Assembly (NCBI GenBank): GCA_032718475.1
Contig: JAUCBJ010006835.1
Coordinates: forward strand, 1 to 36,946
Direction: 5' to 3'
Length of the DNA: 36,946 nucleotides
Source: Nemertoderma westbladi
Taxonomy: Eukaryota; Animalia; Xenacoelomorpha
Shown here one piece after another: positions 10,637 to 22,245 of this stretch. A program made the position numbers and the translations under genes. The first letter of the stretch is position 1. Each line of letters opens with the position of its first letter. The notes beneath the pieces are model-generated. The model made no database searches. It was not told the DNA's origin and was given only the letters and a program-made list of their open reading frames with translations.

Positions 10637-12467
10637 CATTAATTTTATGGGAATAAAACCTACGCCTACTGTACTGGAATTGTCCGGGTCCCAATTGTCC
10701 GTAAGGCCCCAATTCTGTATGGTAGTGGTCCATATTTGGGCATTATCGTCGATTAAACATTATACTAACTGCGACTCTTCAATTTTGTTACCGGCACTCT
10801 TTATGACACGTTCCTCCATATCAAACCCTCGACCGGGACTCTCTTCTACAGCAGATCCAGGACTGGTATAACGACGACTCTAAGTTAGTGAAACCATCCA
10901 CAACCCCTTAGAGAACCCACTCGCGGACCTCACAGTTTGTTGATAGGCCTACTGAGCTTTTCATTCAATATACAATAACTATAATAGATTAAACACTTTA
11001 TTAATAGTATCAGAAACGAGCAGGTTTGTTAAAGTGGCAGGTCATTATATTCAAAACATTAAATGAGAGTCAAGAGCCTAGGTCCCAGCAGTTAGTTGTA
11101 TGCTGTCGGTTGTCTGCTGTGAGTTGTCTAGCTGCTGTTGGTTGTCAACCTGAAAAAAGTATATTACTGTAGCTACTGTACCAGTATCAGAATATAGAAT
11201 GCACATTCAAATGCATCAAATGGCATTCTTATATTAGTTAGTGTTACGTTCCTTTTTACAGTATGATCTGTGGCTAATTTAATTATGCACAGTATTTACT
11301 ATAACTACTGTACTATCCCACAGACTTGAAAGAACTGTTCACTCATGTTGGTATTGGTATTGATTTATTGGTGCTCAAAGTATAACATTACAATGAACAA
11401 TAAAGAAACACAATTAAATAAAGACAAACATAGATGACATTACATACATACATACACATGCCATAGATTTGCAGAAATAATTTGGTGCTATAAAAACGGT
11501 ATTATTACTAAAGTTAGGCCCTATTATTTAAGATACATTGTGCACCGGGGATAGCCTCTTTAAGGCGAACCTTGTTTCCGAGAAGGTCCCCGTTGTTTGT
11601 TCCAAAGATAAAAGTACAGTATTTACAATATGGTTCAAGAGGTTCAGCATACTGGAACCCAATCAAATACTAAAAACACATTTTCCAGAGGTAGTTCCTT
11701 GTCCAGACCACCGGTGTAAACATACTTAAAGGATTAAAGGCGGGTATCAGATCTGTGGGTGGTCAAGATTGAGTTTATTGCCAATATTTCGGCCCAAACA
11801 TGAAATTATATTGAAACAATATAACAACAAACACCCAACAGGCAGCTCGGTAATGCCCTAACTACTAAAAACTAAACACTAGGCCTACGTACCTAACAGC
11901 ACTACTACTGTACAGCTGTATAACAGTATAACTACTCCACTACTGCACCAACAGTCTGATAGTACTGGTACTGGATGGGTCCAGTGGTTCAACATATAGC
12001 CCGTCGGCTACGCGTAGAACAAATATTTTATAATACAGTATGTTACATATTATACAAATTATAAGTATAAGAACCCAGTTAGAATCCTACAAATATTTTA
12101 TAACCAGAAAATAAATGAGTTTTACCATCCTCTATTATATGTTATGTTATATTGTCTATTACATATTAAGTGTAGGGTGTTCGTGAGTAATGAGATTTTT
12201 TTCTGCAATTTTTCTATCAGTCCAGTCCTTATAGGTAAAAAGTAAGTAAAGTAACTAGTACATTTACTGCGGCCGGGGTGTGCGTCTAGAAAGTGTTCGC
12301 CGATGGATTCTTCCGCCGATGGATTCTTTCCTGTTGGCATTCCTAGCACGCAATCTACAGTAGATTATAGTAAAATTCATTAGTTCAAATTTGGAATAAA
12401 ACATTTAATTGCGAAATTTATCTATCTGATAACTATTTAAGCACAATTTACGTACATTTAATATTGA

Positions 12468-12620
12468 CTTGCGGCGAGGTGTCCGATAATTTGCCGCGGA
12501 ATGACATTCGCGGTGAGACACCTCGCAGCAAAACACCTCGCAGCAAAACACCTCGCCGCACATTATCTGCGGCGAGGTGACCTGCGGCGAAGTGGCAGTG
12601 CGGCGAGGTGACCAGCACCC
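12468..12620. repeat. 15-bp-period GC-rich repeats in both orientations (transposon subterminal-type)
   Basis: ACACCTCGCAGCAAA x3 followed by inverted TGCGGCGAGGTGACC x3. Confidence 0.8.
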
Positions 12621-12681
12621 CATTTTCAACATGACTTAATGGAAATTAATTATTTTATAGTATAAGATATAAGTAATTGTA

Positions 12682-12912
12682 CTTAAAAATTATACAGCTG
12701 TAATCCCAATACCACATTCCATTATAGTTTTTAATTAGTCTCAAGTGCTTTGCTTTTAAGAAATGTGTTATTAATTTATCTAAACGTAATTAAGTTCTTA
12801 AAAATTATACAGCTGTAATCCCAATACCACATTCCATTATAGTTTTTAATTAGTTCAAGTGCTTTATTGCTTTAAGAAATGTGTTTTTAATTTATCTAAA
12901 CGTAATTAAGTT
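12682..12912. repeat. Tandem duplication, ~115 bp x2
   Basis: CTTAAAAATTATACAGCTGTAATCCC...CGTAATTAAGTT starts at 12682 and again at 12797. Confidence 0.92.
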
Positions 12913-13529
12913 ATCAAAATGCATCTCGTCGTCACTCTATACTTCCAGCTCCGTCATTCCTTGGCAGGCTTGCTATTAGTGCTGTATTGCCTAGCCAAGC
13001 TGCTGCTTGCGCTGGGAACCAGTCCAACCACCCCAGCAGTCAGCACTACTTGGCAATGGGTAATTAATTACATCTATAGCATTTAGGACATAGGCACTAG
13101 TGCAGTAGTGTAAGACTAATAAGCCAGGTGGCTTATTATTTGTCTCGCAAAATGATTGGCTGAGTTTTTTAATCGTGATTCTTAAAATAATACCTAAATG
13201 CTAAATGATTTCGTTGAGGTGTTGACGTGATAAATCAATATTTCAGTATCAATACTATCAGCATAAGGCTGTAAGGTAAGTTTTAATATTTCTTACAAAT
13301 TGGGTCGCCTCTATGCCTACTGTAAGATTCAAAATTTCCTGTTAATACCTCATTAATGGCCTTTCATTAATCCTCTCGTGTGCGCATTATGGCAATGCTT
13401 TGCAAACTTTGTATCTAAGAGACTTCTCGTACTACATTATGATAATGACAACTCTCCGAAAGTGCAAAGCGATCTCTGTTTATATTCGAAATGGAAATCA
13501 GATTACTCGACGCGTTGAAACCTTTCACG

Positions 13530-13770
13530 GACACCATAAAAGTGCCACTGTGTAGTTGCTAAATCCTTTGCCTGATAATCTCCTGTGCGCCTTTGGGTTG
13601 GGGTGTTGCAGATTAAGAGGTGGGCTGAAGGGGGAACTTTCCTCTCTTCTTTCATTTATTCTTATTGGCGGTTTGGTTAAATTTCTTAAATATCGATTTT
13701 TGTGATATAATTGCTCAATTTTAATCTGATAACTGAGCCTCGTGCTGCGAGAAGGCCCCACGAACGTGTT
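13530..13770 (+). mobile_element. Helentron/DINE-1-like repeat ending ~70 bp upstream of the KICS2 ATG
   Basis: 13640-13769 aligns with 17625-17755 (ATTGGCG..TTTG.TAAATTTCTT.AATAT...ATAACT.AGCCTCGTGCTGCG.GAAGGCCCC). Left boundary is approximate. Confidence 0.6.
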
Positions 13771-13837
13771 GTTGTTACATACTATATCTGTTATGACAGT
13801 ATGATAAGTAGGCCCTACTGAAGTAGGTCTGTGAAAT

Positions 13838-15187
13838 ATGGCTAGCGGCACTGCTTCCAACAACCAATTCCAACTGTACTCTCGGAAAGGTTTCGACGAA
13901 GAGCAACGAATCCTCGAGTCTTACTTCCAGACGATAAGTCAATTCGGTTACGAGCGAGCGAAGGAATCAATAGAACGAGAGAGACTCGAACCTACCTCGA
14001 AATCCACCGTCTGGAACGCCCTGTTGCCGTTGTTACTCGGACTATCTACCGCCGAGAAACAATACTCCAACATCGGCTTCTTCGAGCAAAAATGGTTCGC
14101 TTCGAAAAAGGACAGCCTCAAATTGATTTATACGAACTTATCGAAGGAGTTATCGAATATTGTGGATTCGGTTCCGATGCCCCCAAAAGGCGGGAAATCG
14201 TCGAGTAAAAGCGACGAGGCGGATTCGCTCAGCTCCAGTCTGGACCGACTGCTGGCCCACGTGTGCATTCAGCTAGTGCAGTACATAGCCGGCAAACAGG
14301 ATACCATAGAGGTCTATATAAAACTCCAGTCTGCCGGGGCCAGCGCCACCAAGTCCCCCATCCCTTGGGGCGACCTTGTACTGCTGGTTGACAACCACGC
14401 GCGTCGCTACTCAAAGGCTTTCCATCACCCGCTACTGGCCCCGGTACGGACCACCTTCACGGCCGAGGTCGACTGTCTGGAGGCCCTACTGCGCGCCCAG
14501 ATGGAGCTGTCCGCTTGGCGATTCCTACCCTCGTTGCTACGGTTGCAGGAGAGCCAATCGAAACTCGATGTACTCTCCTCCCACTTACTAACTAAAGATG
14601 GTAAAAAGAGTCGTCCCCCTGCGCTGTACCAATGGTACCACCGGTTTAAAATGGCCCTCCTCGCAAAGTTCAGTATTTATTTCTACCAGACTCTGTCTGA
14701 GCAGACAACCGCATCCGAAATGGCCAAACACTCCGCTAAAAACGTGCTGGACTTTCACGCCAAACTTACGGCTCTACAGAAACGCGCAGACAGCAGCTGT
14801 TTCGTGTGTCTGCTTCTTGCGGACGTACCGCGGTGGGCGGGGCACGGCTACCATCTCCCTGGCAACGAGACACCGGCGCTCACCGGCATGGATAAGTACC
14901 CGTGCGTGTTGTCCCTGCCCAGGGACACCCCGCAGGGACACTGGCCCAACGTGGTGTCCCTGCTCACCGATAAACGAAGCGAACTGTCCCGTTTGCAACT
15001 CGTCGAGTTCTACGATACCACCAAGAAGTGCAGTTACTACCTCACTAATATCGAGGATAAACTCCACTTATTGGTGGTCGTTGAGGCCAAGGTTAAGGAT
15101 TCTACTGTGTCATCCTCAATACAGGAAATAGCTAATCAATTACGGTTAAATAAATTGATCTCATGTCTTAAACTAACAACCAGATAA
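13838..15187 (+). CDS. KICS2: KICSTOR complex subunit 2 (C12orf66 homolog), single coding exon, 449 aa
   Basis: Full-length match to recalled family motifs: EQRILESYF, KKDSLKLIY, FHHPLLAP, WRFLPSL, LLAKFSIYF..LS.QTTASEM, GHGYH, HWPNV, FYD...SYYLT. Uninterrupted ORF. Confidence 0.97.
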   Translation: MASGTASNNQFQLYSRKGFDEEQRILESYFQTISQFGYERAKESIERERLEPTSKSTVWNALLPLLLGLSTAEKQYSNIGFFEQKWFASKKDSLKLIYTNLSKELSNIVDSVPMPPKGGKSSSKSDEADSLSSSLDRLLAHVCIQLVQYIAGKQDTIEVYIKLQSAGASATKSPIPWGDLVLLVDNHARRYSKAFHHPLLAPVRTTFTAEVDCLEALLRAQMELSAWRFLPSLLRLQESQSKLDVLSSHLLTKDGKKSRPPALYQWYHRFKMALLAKFSIYFYQTLSEQTTASEMAKHSAKNVLDFHAKLTALQKRADSSCFVCLLLADVPRWAGHGYHLPGNETPALTGMDKYPCVLSLPRDTPQGHWPNVVSLLTDKRSELSRLQLVEFYDTTKKCSYYLTNIEDKLHLLVVVEAKVKDSTVSSSIQEIANQLRLNKLISCLKLTTR

Positions 15188-15256
15188 ACACTATTTAATC
15201 GTTTATGAATTATATTTAAATCGTCAAGTAATTTTATAAACTAACTGTAGAGTTCG

Positions 15257-15262
15257 AATAAA
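15257..15262 (+). promoter_or_regulatory. Candidate polyadenylation signal for KICS2
   Basis: AATAAA 70 nt after the stop codon, followed by T-rich sequence. Confidence 0.5.
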
Positions 15263-15313
15263 ATTATATTCTTTTATAATCTTTTATAAATTTAAAATGC
15301 AGAAAAAAATATA

Positions 15314-15773
15314 CACCATGTCCTTGAATATAGTGTCGTTATTCAGGTACCCCCTGCCCCCCCCCCCCAAAAAAAAAAAAAAAATTTCCTAATAATATGC
15401 TATAGGCCTATGCTAATATAATTTCCAAATAATATGTAAAAATATTTGAATTTGGTTGGGAAATAGCTGAGATGGAGTGGAAGCAATACATGCAACATTT
15501 GAACGCCCATATCTCAGCTATTTTTCAACGAAATTAATATTGTGTTACATATTTGGAATCCTTGCATGGCCAGCTTTCCATTGTTACCAACAAACAGCTA
15601 TAAGGTAGAAGAATAACTGCGGTGTAACTGGTGTAATATCTTTTTCAAACGCTTGTAACGAAAGAATGAAAGCGAAGATATAAATTCTGACGATGGTGAA
15701 ACTATCTCTGTGGGGGGGGGGGGGGGGGGGGGGCAGTTACCTGAATAACGACACTATATTCCGGGGCATGGTG
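15314..15773. mobile_element. Tc1/mariner-type MITE with TA TSD
   Basis: TA|CACCATGTCCTTGAATATAGTGTCGTTATTCAGGTA..(C)n and (G)n..TACCTGAATAACGACACTATATTCCGGGGCATGGTG|TA. Confidence 0.88.
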
Positions 15774-16059
15774 TACGTTAGTATTTTTATTGAGCAGATT
15801 TTGGCTCACTTCTGAGGTGTTTTATATGGGGGGGGGGGGGGTCATGGTTACGTTTTGGTAGTCATTTTGTCATTTTGAAATCAATTCCATTGAAATTGTT
15901 TCAGACATTGGTTTACACGTAATGACCAATAAAACTTCTACCTGTAGACAGAATTTTGAAAGTTTGTTCAGTAAGTGTAATTTTAACCAAATTTTGACTA
16001 ATTAATTAACTAACTATTTTTATCTTAAAATTATGTCTAGAAGTTTTGTTAGTTTCAAA

Positions 16060-17890
16060 AATGACGGAGAATTAACATTTTAGATGACGTAAAAAACGAG
16101 AATTTACAAGTAAAATCCATTTGAAGTTTAAACCTTCTCGCGCAAAGGTGTCTGACTCTATTTTACCGGCATAAATATACTGAAATTAAAATAGTAAAGA
16201 AGCACACTGATACTGGGGTTTTCGAGGTCGGTGATTTCGTTTCTGGCATAATTTTCATGTTTCGATAAATCTAACCTGCCTTGCCTATCTAACGTTTTGT
16301 CGGAAAATCTGTCTGTCTGTTGGTTGGTCCGTCAAAATATAACACTAAAAATATAACAAATATAAAAACAATACTTTTAATAAGTATTGCCTACAACTAA
16401 CCGTACTAGTATGTTTTGGAGGAAATATATCCCAGTTGGTGAGCTTTTTACTCGAATATATATGTTCTAGATATTTCTTTCAACCATAAAAAATGATGAA
16501 TGTAGATTTGTCGGTAAGGCGCCGGATAGATATTGCTCTTCTTGTGGACAAGCAACCACCATCATCAACACCAACCTGGAAGATTCTGTGACAGTGGAAA
16601 CGGAACCATCAACCAATAGGCAAGGGTTGTTGCGTGAGCTTCAAAATACATTTGCTCCATATTCTCCGGCGGCAAATAGACCCTTTCAAACCTTGTCAGG
16701 TATGAGCGGCCAATCTATTGGCATAGTGGGTACTAGTACAGTTCGTAGTCACAATCGGAATGTCAGTATGAGTCTTCCGAGTCTTAGAACACCGAGGGGT
16801 CGGTCTCAAATTATTAACCACAGTAAGCCGTTGATCGTACTTCGAGAGTTTAATCCTGTAGAAAAACGGATTCTAAGAAAAGACTCCACAATAAAACATT
16901 ATGCGCTGTCATTCGAAAAATACGACAGTGATGCAGTCATCAAATCAAAGGTCGTAGCTTGTTTAGAGACGTATCCAGCATGCAATACAAATTTCAAATT
17001 TGTTAAGCTCGTTAGCAAGATTGTTCAACCAATATCCCGTAGAAAATTATTTAAAATTTGATGAAATTTAAATTATCTAAAAGTTGGTACCCGGTGTTAT
17101 TTTTTGTGCTCTTTCTATTTTGGACTGTGTTCGATTGTGTTCGGCAGTTTTTGGAGTGTGTGTGTTTTGGGGTGTGTGTGTGGGTGTGTTCGGTCGTGTT
17201 GCTATTTAAATACCTTCCGTCAATACGTGAAGACCATTGGCTAAAAATTTCTAACAAATTGATTAAAGGAGATCTACATTTTGAGTGGCGTAAAAAACGA
17301 GAAATAAAATTTAAAGGTAAAATAATGCATTGAACTACATAAACCTTCCCGCGCAAATCTCACTGAATGTTATAATTAAAATTGTAATTAATTACTTATT
17401 TATTAAGGAGCGCACTGATGGAATTTGCGCTACGGGGGATTTCGAGGTCAGTGATTTTGTTTCTCGTATAATCTAAATTGCCTATCTGACTTTATGTCGG
17501 AATATCTGTCTGTTTGTTGGTTTGTCTGTCAAAATCTAATAAAACAAACGATTTAGCTAAATTGTCACTATGGGCCCCTCTTAAGTAATAAAGCCGCTAT
17601 GCTACTGTCTGTGGAAGAACTGGTTCCCTTTCTTTGATTAATTGGCGCCTTTGTTAAATTTCTTGAATATACTGTAGATTTCGTAATAGAATCGCAACAT
17701 TTTGATTTGTGTCTCATAACTAAGCCTCGTGCTGCGCGAAGGCCCCGCGGACGTGAAACACAAATTTGTGTTTTAATAAGTATTGCCAACAACTAACAGT
17801 ACTGTAGGATGTTTTGGAGGAAATTTCTCCCAGTTGGTGAACTTTTTGCTCGAATATGTTCTAGAGGTTTCTATCTTCAATCACAAAAAT
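16060..17890. repeat. Two diverged direct copies of a composite Helentron-like repeat (16060-16495 and 17265-17890)
   Basis: Shared blocks in the same order: CGTAAAAAACGAG, AAACCTTC.CGCGCAAA, TTCGAGGTC.GTGATTT, (TCTG)n microsatellite, TTTTAATAAGTATTGCC...CCCAGTTGGTGA. The second copy retains ~190 bp more, including the terminal stem-loop. Confidence 0.75.
16588..17061 (+). pseudogene. Unassigned open reading frame fragment between the two repeat copies
   Basis: 157 open codons with protein-like composition; the called start is GTG, not ATG; no confident family. Confidence 0.3.
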
Positions 17891-18020
17891 CAATCAAATT
17901 ATATTTATTTAGCGCTAAAAACTTAAATTTAAAATTAGACTCTAAGCGCTGCAACTTTCGAGCTAACAATGACGTCATTACATAAAGTAGTTCATTAAAA
18001 AAAAATAAAAATACTAAAAC

Positions 18021-19907
18021 GAAGCAAGGCAGATTAAAATAGTTCGGTAAAGATAAGTAATATCTATTTACATCATTGTGTGGAAGCAAGGCAGATTAAA
18101 ATAGTTCGGTAAAGATAAGTAATATCTATTTACATCATTGTGTGGCAGCAAGGCAGATTAAAATAGTTCGGTAAAGATAAGTAATATCTATTTACATCAT
18201 TGTGTGGAAGCAAGGCAGATTAAAATAGTTCGGTAAAGATAAGTAATATCTATTTACATCATTGTGTGGAAGCAAGGCAGATTAAAATATTTCGGTAAAG
18301 ATAAGTAATATCTATTTACATCATTGTGTGGAAGCAAGGCAGATTAAAATAGTTCGGTAAAGATAAGTAATATCTATTTACATCATTGTGTGGAAGCAAG
18401 GTAGATTAAAATAGTTCGGTAAAGATAAGTAATATCTATTTACATCATTGTGTGGAAGCAAGGCAGATTAAAATAGTTCGGTAAAGATAAGTAATATCTA
18501 TTTACATCATTGTGTGGAAGCAAGGCAGATTAAAATAGTTCGGTAAAGATAAGTAATATCTATTTACATCATTTTTTTATTATTTAAAATTTAAAAATCT
18601 TCAAAATAAAATAATTATCAATTTATCACCAAACAGTTTTAATAAGTTACAGAAATAATATTAATTTATTAATATTAATTTATTTACATCATTGTGTGGA
18701 AGCAAGGCAGATTAAAATAGTTCGGTAAAGATAAGTAATATCTATTTACATCATTGTGTGGAAGCAAGGCAGATTAAAATAGTTCGGTAAAGATAAGTAA
18801 TATCTATTTACATCATTGTGTGGAAGCAAGGCAGATTAAAATAGTTCGGTAAAGATAAGTAATATCTATTTACATCATTGTGTGGAAGCAAGGCAGATTA
18901 AAATAGTTCGGTAAAGATAAGTAATATATATTTACATCATTGTGTGGAAGCAAGGCAGATTAAAATAGTTCGGTAAAGATAAGTAATATCTATTTACATC
19001 ATTGTGTGGAAGCAAGGCAGATTAAAATAGTTCGGTAAAGATAAGTAATATCTATTTACATCATTGTGTGGAAGCAAGGCAGATTAAAATAGTTCGGTAA
19101 AGATAAGTAATATCCATTTACATCATTGTGTGGCAGCAAGGCAGATTAAAATAGTTCGGTAAAGATAAGTAATATCTATTTACATCATTGTGTGGAAGCA
19201 AGGCAGATTAAAATAGTTCGGTAAAGATAAGTAATATCTATTTACATCATTGTGTGGAAGCAAGGCAGATTAAAATAGTTCGGTAAAGATAAGTAATATC
19301 TATTTACATCATTGTGTGGAAGCAAGGCAGATTAAAATAGTTCGGTAAAGATAAGTAATATCTATTTACATCATTGTGTGGCAGCAAGGCAGATTAAAAT
19401 AGTTCGGTAAAGATAAGTAATATCTATTTACATCATTGTGTGGAAGCAAGGCAGATTAAAATAGTTCGGTAAAGATAAGTAATATCTATTTACATCATTG
19501 TGTGGAAGCAAGGCAGATTAAAATAGTTCGGTAAAGATAAGTAATATCTATTTACATCATTGTGTGGAAGCAAGGCAGATTAAAATAGTTCGGTAAAGAT
19601 AAGTAATATCTATTTACATCATTGTGTGGAAGCAAGGCAGATTAAAATAGTTCGGTAAAGATAAGTAATATCTATTTACATCATTGTGTGGCAGCAAGGC
19701 AGATTAAAATAGTTCGGTAAAGATAAGTAATATCTATTTACATCATTGTGTGGCAGCAAGGCAGATTAAAATAGTTCGGTAAAGATAAGTAATATCTATT
19801 TACATCATTGTGTGGAAGCAAGGCAGATTAAATTAGTTCGGTAAAGATAAGTAATATCTATTTACATTATTGTGTGGAAGCAAGGCAGATTAAAATAGTT
19901 CGGTAAA
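18021..19907. repeat. 62-bp tandem satellite/minisatellite, ~29 near-identical copies, interrupted once
   Basis: Unit GAAGCAAGGCAGATTAAAATAGTTCGGTAAAGATAAGTAATATCTATTTACATCATTGTGTG starts at 18021, 18083...18517, then at 18699...19877; AT-rich interruption at 18574-18680. Confidence 0.98.
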
Positions 19908-19967
19908 AATAATGTATAATGTAAATGAGAAGCTGTTGATTATAATTTACAATGTAACGCAATGATG

Positions 19968-20212
19968 ACGCGTCCGTGAGGTCTTCGCAAACACGTAAGT
20001 CCAGCTGAAACTTTGGGTAGAGGTACAATTAGTGGACCCAGTCAATCGCCCACTAGCGGTCGACAGATGAACTATAAAAGTATGTGTGTGTAGAATGTCT
20101 AAACTTTTTATGGACTATCAGTAGGCATACATGTGTACGAAAATTTGTTTCCATTTCATCAAAGATTGGCCGACTTATTAACTTTCAAACATTTTCAACA
20201 ACGACTGACGGG
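19968..20212 (-). mobile_element. Helentron/DINE-1-like non-autonomous element
   Basis: Inverted, diverged homolog of 31730-31977 (CTAGCGGTCGACAGAT, GTGTGTAGAAT.TCTAAACTTTTTA, TTCCATTTCATCAAAGATT). Confidence 0.7.
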
Positions 20213-20910
20213 TTCACTTACACTACTATATAAGGTTTCGACCCTGCAATAGAATTCCAAGCTACGGTATTCAATCCAGTAAGTACCCAATGGCTCAATG
20301 TTTATTATTATTTTTGTCCTTAGTGATATTTTCACGCTGAATTAAGAGTGCCATTTTCATTCAATAATGTACGTAGTTTTGTTGCATTTTGATCAAAAAA
20401 CTTATCGCTCACACCTAGGCTAGAACGAATCGCTCACGCACTCACTCACACCTATACTAGAACGAAAAGTGTGTTGATAGTGATACAAACTTCTGTCCTG
20501 CAATGTGAAAATTCCGTACATTCCGAGAAAATTGCCTTCAAAGATTAAATCTTCCCTCTTAAAACTACAGAATCTGTCTGGGGTCTGGTTGGTTAATAAT
20601 GTCTGGCGTGAAGGAAGCACACCAGAGCTAATGGTATGTTCAGTTGAATCTAGTCTGTCTGACTAGTGGTCGGTCTCTAGCTGTCACACAGACATGAAGA
20701 GACAGCGATTTCACTAAGCCGTTTGTGCATGTACGTTCGTTTTTTAATATTCGCGCCGTACACTGCTGGCGACGCGCGCCTGCATTATCAAATTCGCGCC
20801 ATAATAAAATATAAACGGCCCAACCCCTAATTAAAAAGTGTAGAAACTTTACTTAGGGTTTACAATGCAATTGCAATGTCTTTTCACTAGTCGGCAGGTT
20901 GTTCCGTAGC

Positions 20911-21455
20911 CACACTGAAAAAATTGTTCGGCGGTTCTTTTTTTAACCTCTGGTATAAAATTTGCAACCGATGGTTGCTCTTTTAAAACCTCTGGTTACA
21001 AATTGGCATATGCTAAAACGGTGGTTTAAATTTTCCCAAAGTGCAGTGTTACATTGAAACGGTGGTTTTCCGGATTGTAATTAGTGCTATCATAAAACAG
21101 AAACAGTGTTTGACTTAGGAATAAACGGCGGTTCATATTATTTGATACAAAGTAACCGGTGGTTTAACACTTACATTAATCGATTGGTTGAAAAATACAT
21201 ATAACCGTTGATTTAAAACACAGTAAACGGTGGTTGAAAACTTAGAATAACCGGTGGTTTACAAAAATTCAAATCACAGTTTGTTTACAACACAGTAAAC
21301 GGTAGTGGATACCTTAACCGGTGGTTTACAAAAATTAAAATCACCGTATGTTTACAAGGTATTAACGGTGGTTGAAGACTTAGACTTAGAATAACCGGTG
21401 GTCTACAACTTACATGGAACGGTGGTTGAAAACTTAAAACAACCTGTGGTTGACA
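20911..21455 (+). mobile_element. Probable DNA-transposon end (CACACTGAAAAAA) with arrayed AACCGGTGGTT-like motifs
   Basis: CAC-type terminus followed by well over a dozen degenerate AA(C/A)CGGTGGTT motifs with irregular spacing; the matching other end was not found. Confidence 0.55.
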
Positions 21456-22245
21456 ACATATAGTAAACATGCTCATGTTTCATAGTTTCTTTCTAAAATG
21501 TTGTTGATCCACATGTTAATTGAACATCTAATAACATAATATCCAATCATGTAATCAATCTTAATACGTTTGGTAAGTACGTTTTTATGTAACATGTTTT
21601 ATCAGGTAAATATTTAACGATTGTTTTACATGATTTACATGTTTTACATTATTTATAACATAAATCAAGCATTTCCTTATATTTGTTGAATGCTACTTTA
21701 TCATGTTGAACAAAAATTGTGTTATAAATTACAATGTATGTCTTAGGGATGTTTGAATAAACCGCCATAAGTTGACCGCTAATTCTGCAATTTGTTCATA
21801 CTGTCATAGGCCTATCATAATTCAGCCATTTTTTGTGAAAGTGCCATTGCCATCCTGCGCTGTCCTGCAATCGCAGAATCGGTACCGGTACAATCCTGAA
21901 ATTTGATTACAGTGATGCAGTGTATCACTGCCACTGGTGCAGTAGTGGTACCGGTTGCCGGTAGTACAGAACAGTAGTACAGCAGTACAGTACTGTTGTA
22001 GTAGGGCTGTGTAGGGCTGTAGGGTAGTCGGTAGTGTACCAGGCAGCCAGGTACCGGTCACCTGCCGGTACTCTTTTTGTTTTGTAGTTGTACCTGTAGG
22101 GTAAACCGGGGTTGTATGGCCATGTGGGTTGTATGGCCACGCACCCTTGACATAAAGTGCTATAACTTTACTTTATTTTAATGTCTGTCAGTTTTTATTA
22201 CTTCTAAATCAAGCTGAATAATTTTCCAATAAAATGACATAGACC

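Noticed and set aside
14229-15131. Overlapping ORFs within KICS2
   Set aside because: Alternative-frame by-products of GC-rich coding sequence with no recognisable motifs.
18021-19907. CRISPR array or tandem C/D snoRNA cluster
   Set aside because: Units are head-to-tail with no unique spacers, there are no cas genes and the context is eukaryotic. The minus strand has ATGATG but no CTGA D box.
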